From contig JAZQBR010000203.1 in assembly GCA_045545855.1 (NCBI GenBank), positions 1,264 to 65,263 on the forward strand: a stretch of 64,000 bases of DNA. Direction: 5' to 3'. Each line of letters begins with the position of its first letter. Within the stretch, counting starts at the first letter, position 1. The notes below the pieces were generated by a model that saw only the letters and a program-made list of their open reading frames with translations, was not told where the DNA came from and did not search any database. Shown here piece after piece: positions 54,756 to 63,563 of the stretch. This stretch comes from Kiritimatiellia bacterium (GTDB taxonomy: Bacteria > Verrucomicrobiota > Kiritimatiellia > RFP12 > UBA1067). The position numbers were made by a program, and so were the translations under genes.

Positions 54756-55862
54756 TCACTGCACAATATTTCTTAAGAAGCTTATTGATTCATCGCGTAG
54801 TTTCATTAAACGCGGCTCAACAACAGTATAGTCAACATTGAAACGACTCTCAATATGGTCATCATCCGGTATGTCATTATCCATAACTACCTGTTGAGGA
54901 ATCCCCAACCTTGTAAGCAAATCTGTAACACGCTCATTCAAGTCATATCCCACAGGCCGAATGACAATAAAAGGCTTACGATTAATCAATGCAAAAGCCG
55001 TTCCATGAAAAGATGTTGAGATGACAAACTTGGCATTTCGCATCAACCATAAAAACCTATCAGGGGGCATCCCTATCCAGTCGCCTTTACGCTGTCTAAA
55101 TCTGCTTAATGGCCATTGATTAATGAACACAACTCTCAGACCATGTTTTGCGGCCAATTTATGCGCAATTGCCCGCGCCTCTTCTCCACAACGCCCACCC
55201 CAGTAAATGACAATATATTCCCCACCCACATACGAGGGCGATTCAAACTCTTTATAGTCATCAGCCTCAAGTAATAGCGTCGGGTCAAGAACTGTTTTCG
55301 GTTTGACATTGATACCAAGTTCTTCACGGCAGATTTTCTCAGCCGAAGACTCCCTAAAACCTAAATATTCGAATTTCGCCAGTTCTGCCGCAAAGTCACC
55401 GCGATATTGTTCTGGCAACGTGGCTGAGCCAAAGCTGGCCGCATAACAACTCTTCTTTGAATTGTCCATGAAATCTTTTAGCAGAAATACGTTAGTCTGT
55501 GAACCAGTTATCATAGGATTGAACACCTGGTCACTGCCAACAATGATTCTGTCAAACTCATCAGGAAACTTTTTGCCAATACAATTTTGGGTAATAGGTA
55601 TAAGCCTACGGCGAAAAAGTTTGTAGTGACGGAAAAATTGACCAGCTATTCCGATTGACATTGCAAGACGAACTAAAAGCCCAACAAGACCGCGAATTGT
55701 TCTTACGCCTCTAAATTTGGGCCAATGCGACTCGCCTACATTGTTGCAATCGACGACCTTGACTGTATGCCCCATGCGTTGAAGAACCATAACTAATGCA
55801 GCACATTGCAACGCCGCCCCACAGTTATGTGCGCGATGGAATGTAACAACTCCTACTTTCAT
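54756..55862 (-). CDS. Polysaccharide pyruvyl transferase family protein
   Basis: MKVGVVTFHRAHNCGAALQCAALVMVLQRMG matches the pyruvyl transferase N-terminal hallmark. 368 aa. Confidence 0.7.
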   Translation of the reverse strand: MKVGVVTFHRAHNCGAALQCAALVMVLQRMGHTVKVVDCNNVGESHWPKFRGVRTIRGLVGLLVRLAMSIGIAGQFFRHYKLFRRRLIPITQNCIGKKFPDEFDRIIVGSDQVFNPMITGSQTNVFLLKDFMDNSKKSCYAASFGSATLPEQYRGDFAAELAKFEYLGFRESSAEKICREELGINVKPKTVLDPTLLLEADDYKEFESPSYVGGEYIVIYWGGRCGEEARAIAHKLAAKHGLRVVFINQWPLSRFRQRKGDWIGMPPDRFLWLMRNAKFVISTSFHGTAFALINRKPFIVIRPVGYDLNERVTDLLTRLGIPQQVVMDNDIPDDDHIESRFNVDYTVVEPRLMKLRDESISFLRNIVQ

Positions 55863-56860
55863 CAGTTCAGCTCCTTTAGAATCTCATCTGTGCTAATGCG
55901 TGGAGAAGACGCCACATCAAACTCACTGGGTGCTTCTCCACACGACAAAATAGCAATAACGCATTCAGAATCTTTGATTGAGATAATCTTGCGCAAGAGA
56001 ACGTCCTTATCTGGATATTGCGACCAATTGAGAACACAATGCGCTATCTCTTCATAGAAAAGAGCATAGCACAAATTCATCAAAAACATTCCGCCGTTAG
56101 TAAACACATCATCGCGCTCACACGGGACAACACCTTCAATGTCAACAGTTACAACCAGACATTTATCTGCAAGGTGCCCAAATCCACGATTTCCACCTTG
56201 AAGGGAAAGGACCTCCTCAATTCTTGCCTTGTCACTTAGGCAATAGACGCGGCAATACTGTTTATTGCATGCTGTCGGCGTTGTCCGAGCAATCTCTACC
56301 GCGCGTCGAATACGCTCAAGGGGAAGCGGTTCCGCCGCATAATTACGTATCGTATGTCGTGATTTGGCAAATTGCGGAAACGATGCGTCTTTATTAGCAT
56401 AGAAATCCTTTTTTTCGAAATGAAATTCTATTGCAGGTTCAACATCCTGATATTTAAGCAGAAAGTCATCAATCTCTTTGTCGTTAGATTCTGAATGAAG
56501 AACTTTGTATGTTTTGATGACTTGAATTGCATGAAGGATTTGAGGATCGGTGGCTCCGTATTTATTGCAGAAATCCGTTATCTGCCGCATCAGATTTGAG
56601 ACTTTTGCCCTGCCAAACCCTTTGCGCCGATTAGGCATTGTAAGCCCTTTCTCCAAAATATGATATGAGATGATTATTCCCGATCTCTCCATATTGCGGG
56701 TCTTTGGGCCGTCCCAACCTGAAAACTTTATAAAGCGTTCATGATCATAGTCAAAACATAGTTTCACTCTTTTTCTGAAAAGACGTTTTCTCCGCCACTC
56801 GCGAATACGCGAACACATTGACACGCCCAAAAGCATCTTCATAATTGAAGTCAATATCAT
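55862..56860 (-). CDS. Nitroreductase-family flavoprotein
   Basis: SRHTIRNYAAEPLP and CNKQYCRVYCL motifs in the C-terminal ~180 aa. 332 aa with a long N-terminal extension. Confidence 0.55.
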   Translation of the reverse strand: MILTSIMKMLLGVSMCSRIREWRRKRLFRKRVKLCFDYDHERFIKFSGWDGPKTRNMERSGIIISYHILEKGLTMPNRRKGFGRAKVSNLMRQITDFCNKYGATDPQILHAIQVIKTYKVLHSESNDKEIDDFLLKYQDVEPAIEFHFEKKDFYANKDASFPQFAKSRHTIRNYAAEPLPLERIRRAVEIARTTPTACNKQYCRVYCLSDKARIEEVLSLQGGNRGFGHLADKCLVVTVDIEGVVPCERDDVFTNGGMFLMNLCYALFYEEIAHCVLNWSQYPDKDVLLRKIISIKDSECVIAILSCGEAPSEFDVASSPRISTDEILKELN

Positions 56861-56878
56861 AATACCCCTTTCTTTCGT

Positions 56879-58441
56879 CTACCGTCTTGAACCTCTCATC
56901 TTTGCGGCAAACGCACTACATTTTGCGCGGACAAATTCACGCTCCGCGCAATCAAGCACAAGATACCATGCACACGGGAAAAGCGCGGCTTCGCAAAACA
57001 AAGTAGTCATGCAAATACGCTGAAACCCAGAAGCGACAAAACACGAAGGGACGAAGCCAATAGACAGCGCCACCACGGTTGTCAGTGCAAGCGGCACGAA
57101 AACCTTGCGCAACCACTCACGGATCGGCACACCCACATAAGCCCTCGTGAAAAACACCCGTCCCCATGCGCAGACTGCCGTTGTAATAACAAAAAGACAA
57201 CACAATGAATAAACGCCCAAGCCAAGATGAAATGAAATCCAGGCCAACGGCAGTGTAGCAACCAGAGAGCCGCCAAGCAACAACTGATATTTCGCGATTC
57301 GTCCTGTCGCATGGACAACTGACATATGTCCGATTGTTGTTTTGTCTATAATCAGCGCAATCATCATGCTCACACAAAGACCAGCCGTGTATTCCGGCGG
57401 CGTCACCAGCCACAATCTAAGGACTTCGCCTATCTCTATGCACAGCGGAAGTGTAAAGATGAACGAAAGAAGGACTCCAAACTTGCAAGCGCGATACATC
57501 AAGTTCCTCGTCTTCGCAATGTCGCCAGAGCCATACGCCGTTGTTATCGCGGGCATGAACGCGCCCTGCATTGCACTAGCAAGAGAGTTTGCCTGGCCAT
57601 TAACGGTATTGCCAATCGCCATCGCGGCATTTACGCTTGGCCCGAAATACTTGTTTACGAGAACCGCCATGCCTTGCCCGCGTGCCAGATTCCCAAGAGT
57701 CCCAAACATCTGCCAGCCTGTATATTTGAACAGAGAGCCAAAACGCGACCGATCAAACGCATAGTGCCATCTGAATCTGCATTCCTTGAAGATGAAACAC
57801 GCTCGAATCGATATTATCAACTGCGGCAGAACCACCATCAAGCAATGCCAGAACGCATACTTCGTCAGCCAGAACCCTGGATGGGTCACCATATAGTAGA
57901 GGAAAACGAAATTGCACAACGTCGTTACAAAGGCATACACCGTCAATTCGGCAATATATTGTTTCGCCGTGTACATGGCATTGAACGGAACACTGACCAT
58001 GCCCAAAAAACAAGAAACGCACACAAACCTGAATACCCAGACGCACGATGCAATCCGACCAGGAGGAATCGTCAGAAAGTTACGAACCGCCCATTCGCCA
58101 ATTGGATATCCAATAAGCAACAGCAGCGCGGGGACAATTGTATGGATCACAACCGCAATTGAAAACCATCGTCTGCACTCTTCAAGGCCCTCAACTTCGT
58201 TGCCTTTCTTCAGCGCCGCGCCGACCGACAACGCGTAGAAGCGGCCAATGGAATATGCAAGAACCGAGTTGAAAAACGAGATGAACATGGCCAGCCCACC
58301 GACAACACCATTCAACCCAAAGTCAACCTCACCCAACGCCTGCAATGCCCACCGCCCGGAAAACAGCCCGCACGCAAGAGCGAACAGACTCCGCCCGTAC
58401 GTGGCTAAAATGTTCAGTGCTATCCGCTTATTTGGGGACAT
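56879..58441 (-). CDS. wzx: Polysaccharide/O-unit flippase, Wzx (MOP superfamily)
   Basis: 520 aa with about 12-14 TM helices. N-terminal MSPNKRIALNILATYGRSLFALACGLFSGRWALQALG is typical of Wzx. Confidence 0.65.
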   Translation of the reverse strand: MSPNKRIALNILATYGRSLFALACGLFSGRWALQALGEVDFGLNGVVGGLAMFISFFNSVLAYSIGRFYALSVGAALKKGNEVEGLEECRRWFSIAVVIHTIVPALLLLIGYPIGEWAVRNFLTIPPGRIASCVWVFRFVCVSCFLGMVSVPFNAMYTAKQYIAELTVYAFVTTLCNFVFLYYMVTHPGFWLTKYAFWHCLMVVLPQLIISIRACFIFKECRFRWHYAFDRSRFGSLFKYTGWQMFGTLGNLARGQGMAVLVNKYFGPSVNAAMAIGNTVNGQANSLASAMQGAFMPAITTAYGSGDIAKTRNLMYRACKFGVLLSFIFTLPLCIEIGEVLRLWLVTPPEYTAGLCVSMMIALIIDKTTIGHMSVVHATGRIAKYQLLLGGSLVATLPLAWISFHLGLGVYSLCCLFVITTAVCAWGRVFFTRAYVGVPIREWLRKVFVPLALTTVVALSIGFVPSCFVASGFQRICMTTLFCEAALFPCAWYLVLDCAEREFVRAKCSAFAAKMRGSRR

Positions 58442-58446
58442 TGCAA

Positions 58447-59202
58447 TTAAATGCGCTCTTCAACTCCACGGAAGTGTACGTTCAACTCATGAAGCGGTGC
58501 AAGAAGTGTTCCCATTGAGGTCCCTTGCGTCATTTTGGCAAAGGCATTGACATCCTTCGGGAAGCACTTGCCCCCGTAACCGAACTTGCCGTCTGGACCG
58601 GGGACGTAGGTATGCGTGTCGTTGATGTAGCCAGAGAGCAATACGCCTGTGTGAACCTTCGCCCAATCGCCGCCCATTTTCTCGACATACTCCTTCGCCG
58701 CGTTGAAGTATGTGACCTTATATGCTCCGAACACATTGTGAATATACTTTGTAAGCTCGGCCTCCAGCGGCGACATAACTGTAAACTTCTTCCCTGGAAA
58801 CACCTTGATAAGAAGGTCGACCGCACCAGTGAACACCATCGTCTGCTTCTTGAAGTCTTCGATGTGCGTCCGCTCGGTCAGGAACTCCGGCATGTAGCAG
58901 ACCTGATGCCCCGTCTCTTTCGAGAGCATGTCACTCGTCCCCGGCAGAATCGTCGTCCTCACGAATACCGGCACATTCGGCAGTTTGCGAATCAGCTCTT
59001 TCATCAGCGTCAGATTCTGTGTCCCGTCATCTTCCGTCGGAACATGGATTTGCAGAAACGCGATATCGATTTGCGAAAGGTCGTCATTCATTCCCTTCGG
59101 CGGATCACTAACAAAGACTTTCGCGTCCTTGTTGTTCTCCTCCAGCCACGCTTTGAGGGCTCCACCCACAAAACCACAGCCAATGATACCTACGTTAATC
59201 AT
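58447..59202 (-). CDS. UDP-glucose/GDP-mannose dehydrogenase family protein, short form (251 aa; lacks the usual C-terminal UDP-binding domain)
   Basis: N-terminal Rossmann GIIGCGFVGGAL and catalytic-Cys motif GYGGKCFPKDV. The gene ends 6 bp from the wzx start. Confidence 0.6.
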   Translation of the reverse strand: MINVGIIGCGFVGGALKAWLEENNKDAKVFVSDPPKGMNDDLSQIDIAFLQIHVPTEDDGTQNLTLMKELIRKLPNVPVFVRTTILPGTSDMLSKETGHQVCYMPEFLTERTHIEDFKKQTMVFTGAVDLLIKVFPGKKFTVMSPLEAELTKYIHNVFGAYKVTYFNAAKEYVEKMGGDWAKVHTGVLLSGYINDTHTYVPGPDGKFGYGGKCFPKDVNAFAKMTQGTSMGTLLAPLHELNVHFRGVEERI

Positions 59203-59293
59203 TTCATTAAATCTCCTTATGTTCTATGCACTCGCAACAAGAACTTACTTGGGACAGCAATCCCTAATCCATTCCAACGGCACAACAAACAAG

Positions 59294-59563
59294 TTATAGA
59301 GAAGTCAATAATACGGGTTGCGCTTCATCGCGCACCCACAGTATCCGCCCCTTTTGCATATTGTGTTCATGACACATAGGTACAATTCTTATTTTAGTTC
59401 CCGAGCCAACACGAACATGAGCACCATCCGTTGCCCACTTATCGCAACCACGAACGCAGCACTTCACTGGTCCAGAGACACCCCTCGCATCCTTCCATAG
59501 ATCAATCATGGGCTCCGACCGATATGTTCGAGGATCTGTCCCAATATTCGTCACTTGCTTCAC
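59294..59563 (-). CDS. Small Cys/His-rich protein with HNH-like motif (89 aa)
   Basis: CCVRGC...GAHVRVG...IVPMCHEHN fits a CxxC...H...N...C-H-x-H-N HNH/zinc-ribbon arrangement. Confidence 0.35.
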   Translation of the reverse strand: MKQVTNIGTDPRTYRSEPMIDLWKDARGVSGPVKCCVRGCDKWATDGAHVRVGSGTKIRIVPMCHEHNMQKGRILWVRDEAQPVLLTSL

Positions 59564-59856
59564 TGTTCGCGTTCCTTTCTATTTACATTCCGTGATATAA
59601 AGTTTAAAAGGTCATTCTACCGAACAAACCGAATGCCTTTCCGCTCAAATAGGTTATTTATTCCACAATTTCCCTACAAGCCGATGATTTTGTCGCTCGC
59701 TACCACCCCCAACTTCCTGTAACCGGTTTATGGTAGCTTCATCAAAAAGTCGGACAACGACCCTTCGAACATCTGTCTTTTGCTTATTTAGGCCTTGATT
59801 GTTTTTCACTACCACCAACATGCCTTCCGAATAATCAGCTATTCTAAAGTTAATTT

Positions 59857-60735
59857 TCATTTTTTAGGTGTGTCTATAATTCTTATAAGTAATTCATACA
59901 AATTATCTATAATGCTCTCTATCACAGGAATATCATATCGTTTTTCATCAAATTTCTCTATTTTATCGCAATCAACACATAGAAAACCGCACATCACAGA
60001 ATCAGTTTCACCACGTTTCAACGGCATTATGGGATATACTATTTCACTCTTATAAGGCAATACCGTTTCTTCATTGATTTTACTAGTATTCAAATAATCC
60101 TTTGCTTCCGGTATGTTGTTATTGATATACGCCACTTTTGTGCTATGCCGAATCAACTGATTGACAACATGCTGATATGGAGTATTGCCAACCACGGTAT
60201 GCTCGGTCCGTAGGTATTCCTCTGTATCACGACAAGTGTTTTTGTCGTCTCGACATAGATTCCGGAATTTCCATGATGTAATTTCCTTGTCCTTCGACAG
60301 TGTGACTTTGATTGAAACACCACATTTTGCACTTGTCTTATCATCAAAAAACTGTTTCAACTCATTGCAAATTTTCTTCAACACCTTCATCAACCTGTCA
60401 TCGTCGATACTTTCGCCTCTTACGAGTTCTTTCAATTGCAAATTCAATTCTGTGAGACTAGTAATGACTTTCCCATATAGCGAATCCACAAAAGTATTAT
60501 GTATATACCGTAATAGGTTCTTCGCTGAAATAACACCAATGACAAATAAATACCAACCTAAGACGATAGTGATTACGAGTATCGCATTGTCTCGGTTGAT
60601 AGTAGACTTGTCATTTGCAGTTACAAACCAAGCAACCAGACTTCCAATGACTCCACTAATCAACCACCCCATTCTCACAAGCTGCGAATGTCTTATGTCC
60701 TTCCACGTATTCCTTAAAAAACAACTCTTTTTCAT
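59857..60735 (-). CDS. Hypothetical low-GC membrane protein (2 N-terminal TM helices plus cytoplasmic domain)
   Basis: 292-aa ORF with AT-rich codon usage distinct from the neighbours. TM helices LVRMGWLISGVIGSLVAWFV and AILVITIVLGWYLFVIGVI. Confidence 0.5.
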   Translation of the reverse strand: MKKSCFLRNTWKDIRHSQLVRMGWLISGVIGSLVAWFVTANDKSTINRDNAILVITIVLGWYLFVIGVISAKNLLRYIHNTFVDSLYGKVITSLTELNLQLKELVRGESIDDDRLMKVLKKICNELKQFFDDKTSAKCGVSIKVTLSKDKEITSWKFRNLCRDDKNTCRDTEEYLRTEHTVVGNTPYQHVVNQLIRHSTKVAYINNNIPEAKDYLNTSKINEETVLPYKSEIVYPIMPLKRGETDSVMCGFLCVDCDKIEKFDEKRYDIPVIESIIDNLYELLIRIIDTPKK

Positions 60736-61159
60736 ACCTTCGGTTTATTCATATACGACAATCTGCATCAAACATCAACTTGCCTTAAAAATAGGGCGAC
60801 GCTTCAGGTTCAACAGGGTCAGACTTGATTGCCACAGTAAATTGCCACAGTAGTTTTCGTTTCTCACTGCGGCATTCCCTCCGCACACCTACCTCATCGT
60901 ACAAGCCGTCAACTCAATCACCGTCATCCCACCAACCACGCTACACAATCCAAACTCACTCTTCCCCACCGCCGACACATTGAGAAGTTAAGAGTGGGTG
61001 AGTTAGCCTCTATTTTACAGCCTATTTCGATGCTTCCAACTTGTACATCAGCATACTGGCAAACGCCAATTTTCTAATGGCATCATCTTCGCTGATCGTC
61101 ATGTTTTCATGCGCCTTTGGAATCTGTGGGGAGAGGCCCCGCGAGGGGGAGATGTAAAT

Positions 61160-61560
61160 GCGGTTATTGAGCGAAATGGGAGGTGAATCTTCGCCTTTCA
61201 AGCGAGTTACTGACCCCAGTGGGCAAAAGCGCCACCCCCTCGGAGGGGGTGAAGCGAAGCGCCCCCACTACATCGCGACACCCCCTCTGGCAGGGTAGCG
61301 CGACCCTGCCAGGCAGGGTGTACCCGACCCTGCCGGGCGGGGTGGCGCGACCCCGTCCGGCACCCAAAGGCGACCCCGCCAGAGGGGGGCGAGGTTCTTG
61401 CCTCAAGGACGAAATCGTCGCAGGACCCACTACCGCTACCACTAAACCTACCGCTCGGGCCGCCCGGTGGTCGGCCCCTACCGTTTGGGGCACACCTCAA
61501 TCCTGTCAATCCTGTTAATCCTGTCAAAACCTCTACACCTCTACACGGCCAAAAATCCGC
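61160..61560. repeat. GC-rich repeat-dense intergenic region (CGACCCTGCC(A/G)GGC(A/G)GGGT units, CTACCGCT units, CAATCCTGT x3, CTCTACAC x2)
   Basis: Read directly. ORFs 61164..61493, 61183..61518 and 61207..61527 here are frame artefacts. Shares a ~30-bp block TCGGGCCGCCCGGTGGTCGGCCCCTACCG with 63360..63390. Confidence 0.5.
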
Positions 61561-61592
61561 TACCGCTTCTCAATCACTCCAAATAAGCAAAG

Positions 61593-61655
61593 CTCGTTTG
61601 TCTATTCGTAAAATTTTGTTCAAATAAGCAAAAAACGACCCCGCGCGTTGCTTAA
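61593..61655. repeat. ~60-bp direct repeat, left copy (gtctattcgtaaaattttgttcaaataagcaaaaaacgaccccgcgcgttgcttaatt)
   Basis: A near-identical copy lies at 63117..63180. The two bracket the DUF4143 ATPase gene. Confidence 0.65.
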
Positions 61656-63043
61656 TTGGCAAGCATCTCTCGACCTAGATTGTACGCAAAACGCGATGTT
61701 GAAACAAAAGTCAGCTCCACCGGACCCACGTGCTTCACGCCTTCTTGCGAACGCGATGTGACAACCATCCGGTTGAGACCGTTTCGTTCGGCAAAGTTGA
61801 CCGCCTCTTTGATCTCGGCTGGATGATCAAAAGGTCCGTCAGACCATTTCACTTCGAACATTGAATCGGCCCGCTGCGTGCCCGCGTCTATCCGCACAAA
61901 GTCGACCTCGCGATTTTCTCGGCCGACTTTCCAATTTGCATAGCGCCAGGACATGCGCTCTTCGCCAATACCCAGTTGCGCGGCTACGGCCGTCTCTATG
62001 ATATGCCCGAAATACACATCATCAACGGCTCTTGCCGGCTGGAACATGGCCGCTCTCAACGACGGATTTGTCAAATACAACTTGAACTGCATGGCGCGTT
62101 TGAGCGACAGAGCGTTCAAGTCAACCCTGTCATGCCGCACAATCAAGAAAGCTTCCTCCAGGTATCTAAGCAGATTTGCCACCGTGTGCTTTGTCAGGCC
62201 CGACCCTTGAGAAAGCCCCTCATACGACTGAACCATGCCGGAATGAAACGCCACATAAGAAAAAAAGGCCTGCAAATCACGAACATCGTCTATATGGTAA
62301 AGGCTCGGCAAATCGCGAAGCAGAACTTTATCGACTATATCGCGCTGGATGAACTGCCCGGGGTTGCCCCTCACCGTCTGGTTTGCGACAAGTTCAGGAT
62401 ATCCACCGTAGTTTACATAGTCTATGAAGCATTTGTTCGCCGCCTCCATCGACTCGAACATGCGCTCGTCTTCGCCAATCATCAAGCAGTATTCGTAAAA
62501 GCTCAACGGCGCCAGCTTAAGATCGGTAAAACGCCCGGCCCCGCTTTCTCTCGCGCCCTTCACAAGAACGGATGCCGCCGAACCCGATGCAGTGAAGCGT
62601 ATATTGGGATATGTATCGGTAAGCGTTTTCAGCGATGTCTCCCAATCCTTCATATACTGTATTTCGTCAAAGAAGACGAACAACCGGTCTAGCCTTGGGT
62701 CGCGCCCGGTGAATCTGCACGCTTCTCTTAACAGTTCTTCAAGTTCGCTGCCATGATATACAGGCACATCTATCGGCAGAAAGATTATGTTCTTGGCAGG
62801 TATATTATCCTTAGTAATAAGCCGATGGATGGCGTGTTGCATAAGCCAGGTTTTACCAACACGCCTGGGCCCCATGAGCAAGAGCGCCCTTTTAACCCCG
62901 TCAAGCTTCAGAAAGCTATAGAATTTGTCAAGAAACCGTCTTGGCGTGACTGAGGTATAGCCTTGATCGACAATCCCAGTCTCCCACCAGGGATTGTCCA
63001 GCTTGATGCGATCGACAAACATTTCTTTTGATAACATAATCAC
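61652..63043 (-). CDS. AAA-family ATPase with DUF4143 C-terminal domain (archaeal-ATPase-like, AAA_14)
   Basis: Walker A LLLMGPRRVGKTWLMQH, Walker B RLFVFFDEIQYMKDW, and the C-terminal DUF4143-like region. 463 aa. Confidence 0.7.
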   Translation of the reverse strand: MIMLSKEMFVDRIKLDNPWWETGIVDQGYTSVTPRRFLDKFYSFLKLDGVKRALLLMGPRRVGKTWLMQHAIHRLITKDNIPAKNIIFLPIDVPVYHGSELEELLREACRFTGRDPRLDRLFVFFDEIQYMKDWETSLKTLTDTYPNIRFTASGSAASVLVKGARESGAGRFTDLKLAPLSFYEYCLMIGEDERMFESMEAANKCFIDYVNYGGYPELVANQTVRGNPGQFIQRDIVDKVLLRDLPSLYHIDDVRDLQAFFSYVAFHSGMVQSYEGLSQGSGLTKHTVANLLRYLEEAFLIVRHDRVDLNALSLKRAMQFKLYLTNPSLRAAMFQPARAVDDVYFGHIIETAVAAQLGIGEERMSWRYANWKVGRENREVDFVRIDAGTQRADSMFEVKWSDGPFDHPAEIKEAVNFAERNGLNRMVVTSRSQEGVKHVGPVELTFVSTSRFAYNLGREMLAN

Positions 63044-63116
63044 CTACTTTCGCTCAAAACAAGCAAAAGTGTATCATATTATTTCGCCATTGTCAATAGC
63101 AACACCATTACGCACA

Positions 63117-63180
63117 TCGGTCTATTCGTAAAATTTTGTTCAAATAAGCAAAAAACCACCCCGCGCGTTGCTTAATTCAA
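63117..63180. repeat. ~60-bp direct repeat, right copy
   Basis: gtctattcgtaaaattttgttcaaataagcaaaaaaccaccccgcgcgttgcttaatt. Confidence 0.65.
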
Positions 63181-63283
63181 CATCGTGTAGAAGTTGACGG
63201 CATAGTCCCTGCGAAGGAGGTCTACAAGCGTCGACTTACCTGACCCGTTGGGGCCGGCAATCATTCTGAAACGCTTCGTCATA
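63181..63283 (-). pseudogene. 5' fragment of a P-loop ATPase gene truncated at the direct-repeat/cassette boundary
   Basis: Minus-strand MTKRFRMIAGPNGSGKSTLVDLLRRDYAVNFYTML... (Walker A GPNGSGKST) runs into the repeat at about 63180 with no further ATPase motifs. Confidence 0.4.
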
Positions 63284-63299
63284 TCGGCTCAAACTCCTT

Positions 63300-63560
63300 G
63301 ACAAAAGTTCTGGTACCATCGGGCTGCACCCCTGCTAGGGCATCCGCTTCGCGGCTCACTGCACTCGGGCCGCCCGGTGGTCGGCCCCTACCGCTACGCC
63401 TTTCCGCGACCGCTACACCTACCGCTCGGGCTGCACCCATGCTAGGGCATCCGCTTCGCGGACAGCCTTCGGCTGGGGGATACCAGTGATCGGCCCCTAC
63501 CGCTACGCCTACACCTACCGTGCGGGCTGCTCGGTGATCAGCCCCTACCGCTAAATCCTA
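63300..63560. repeat. Tandem ~105-bp GC-rich repeats (two-plus units containing GCTAGGGCATCCGCTTCGCGG and CCCCTACCGCTAC)
   Basis: Units at about 63320..63425 and 63416..63535 share long identical blocks. Related blocks lie at 61440..61490. Confidence 0.55.
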
Positions 63561-63563
63561 CCG

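Noticed and set aside
59654-59860. 68-aa minus-strand ORF (MKINFRIADYSEGMLVVVKNNQG...)
   Set aside because: It could be a real small protein upstream of the HNH-like gene, but it has no motif, and its stop/start context and overlap with the next ORF's start are ambiguous. Left uncalled.
61164-61527. Overlapping ORFs in the GC-rich repeat field
   Set aside because: They arise from tandem GC-rich repeats in all frames. They are Gly/Arg/Pro-rich with no start context.
61160-63560. Possible CRISPR array
   Set aside because: Repeats are heterogeneous in sequence and length, partly tandem without unique spacers of regular size. There are no cas genes and no regular repeat-spacer periodicity.
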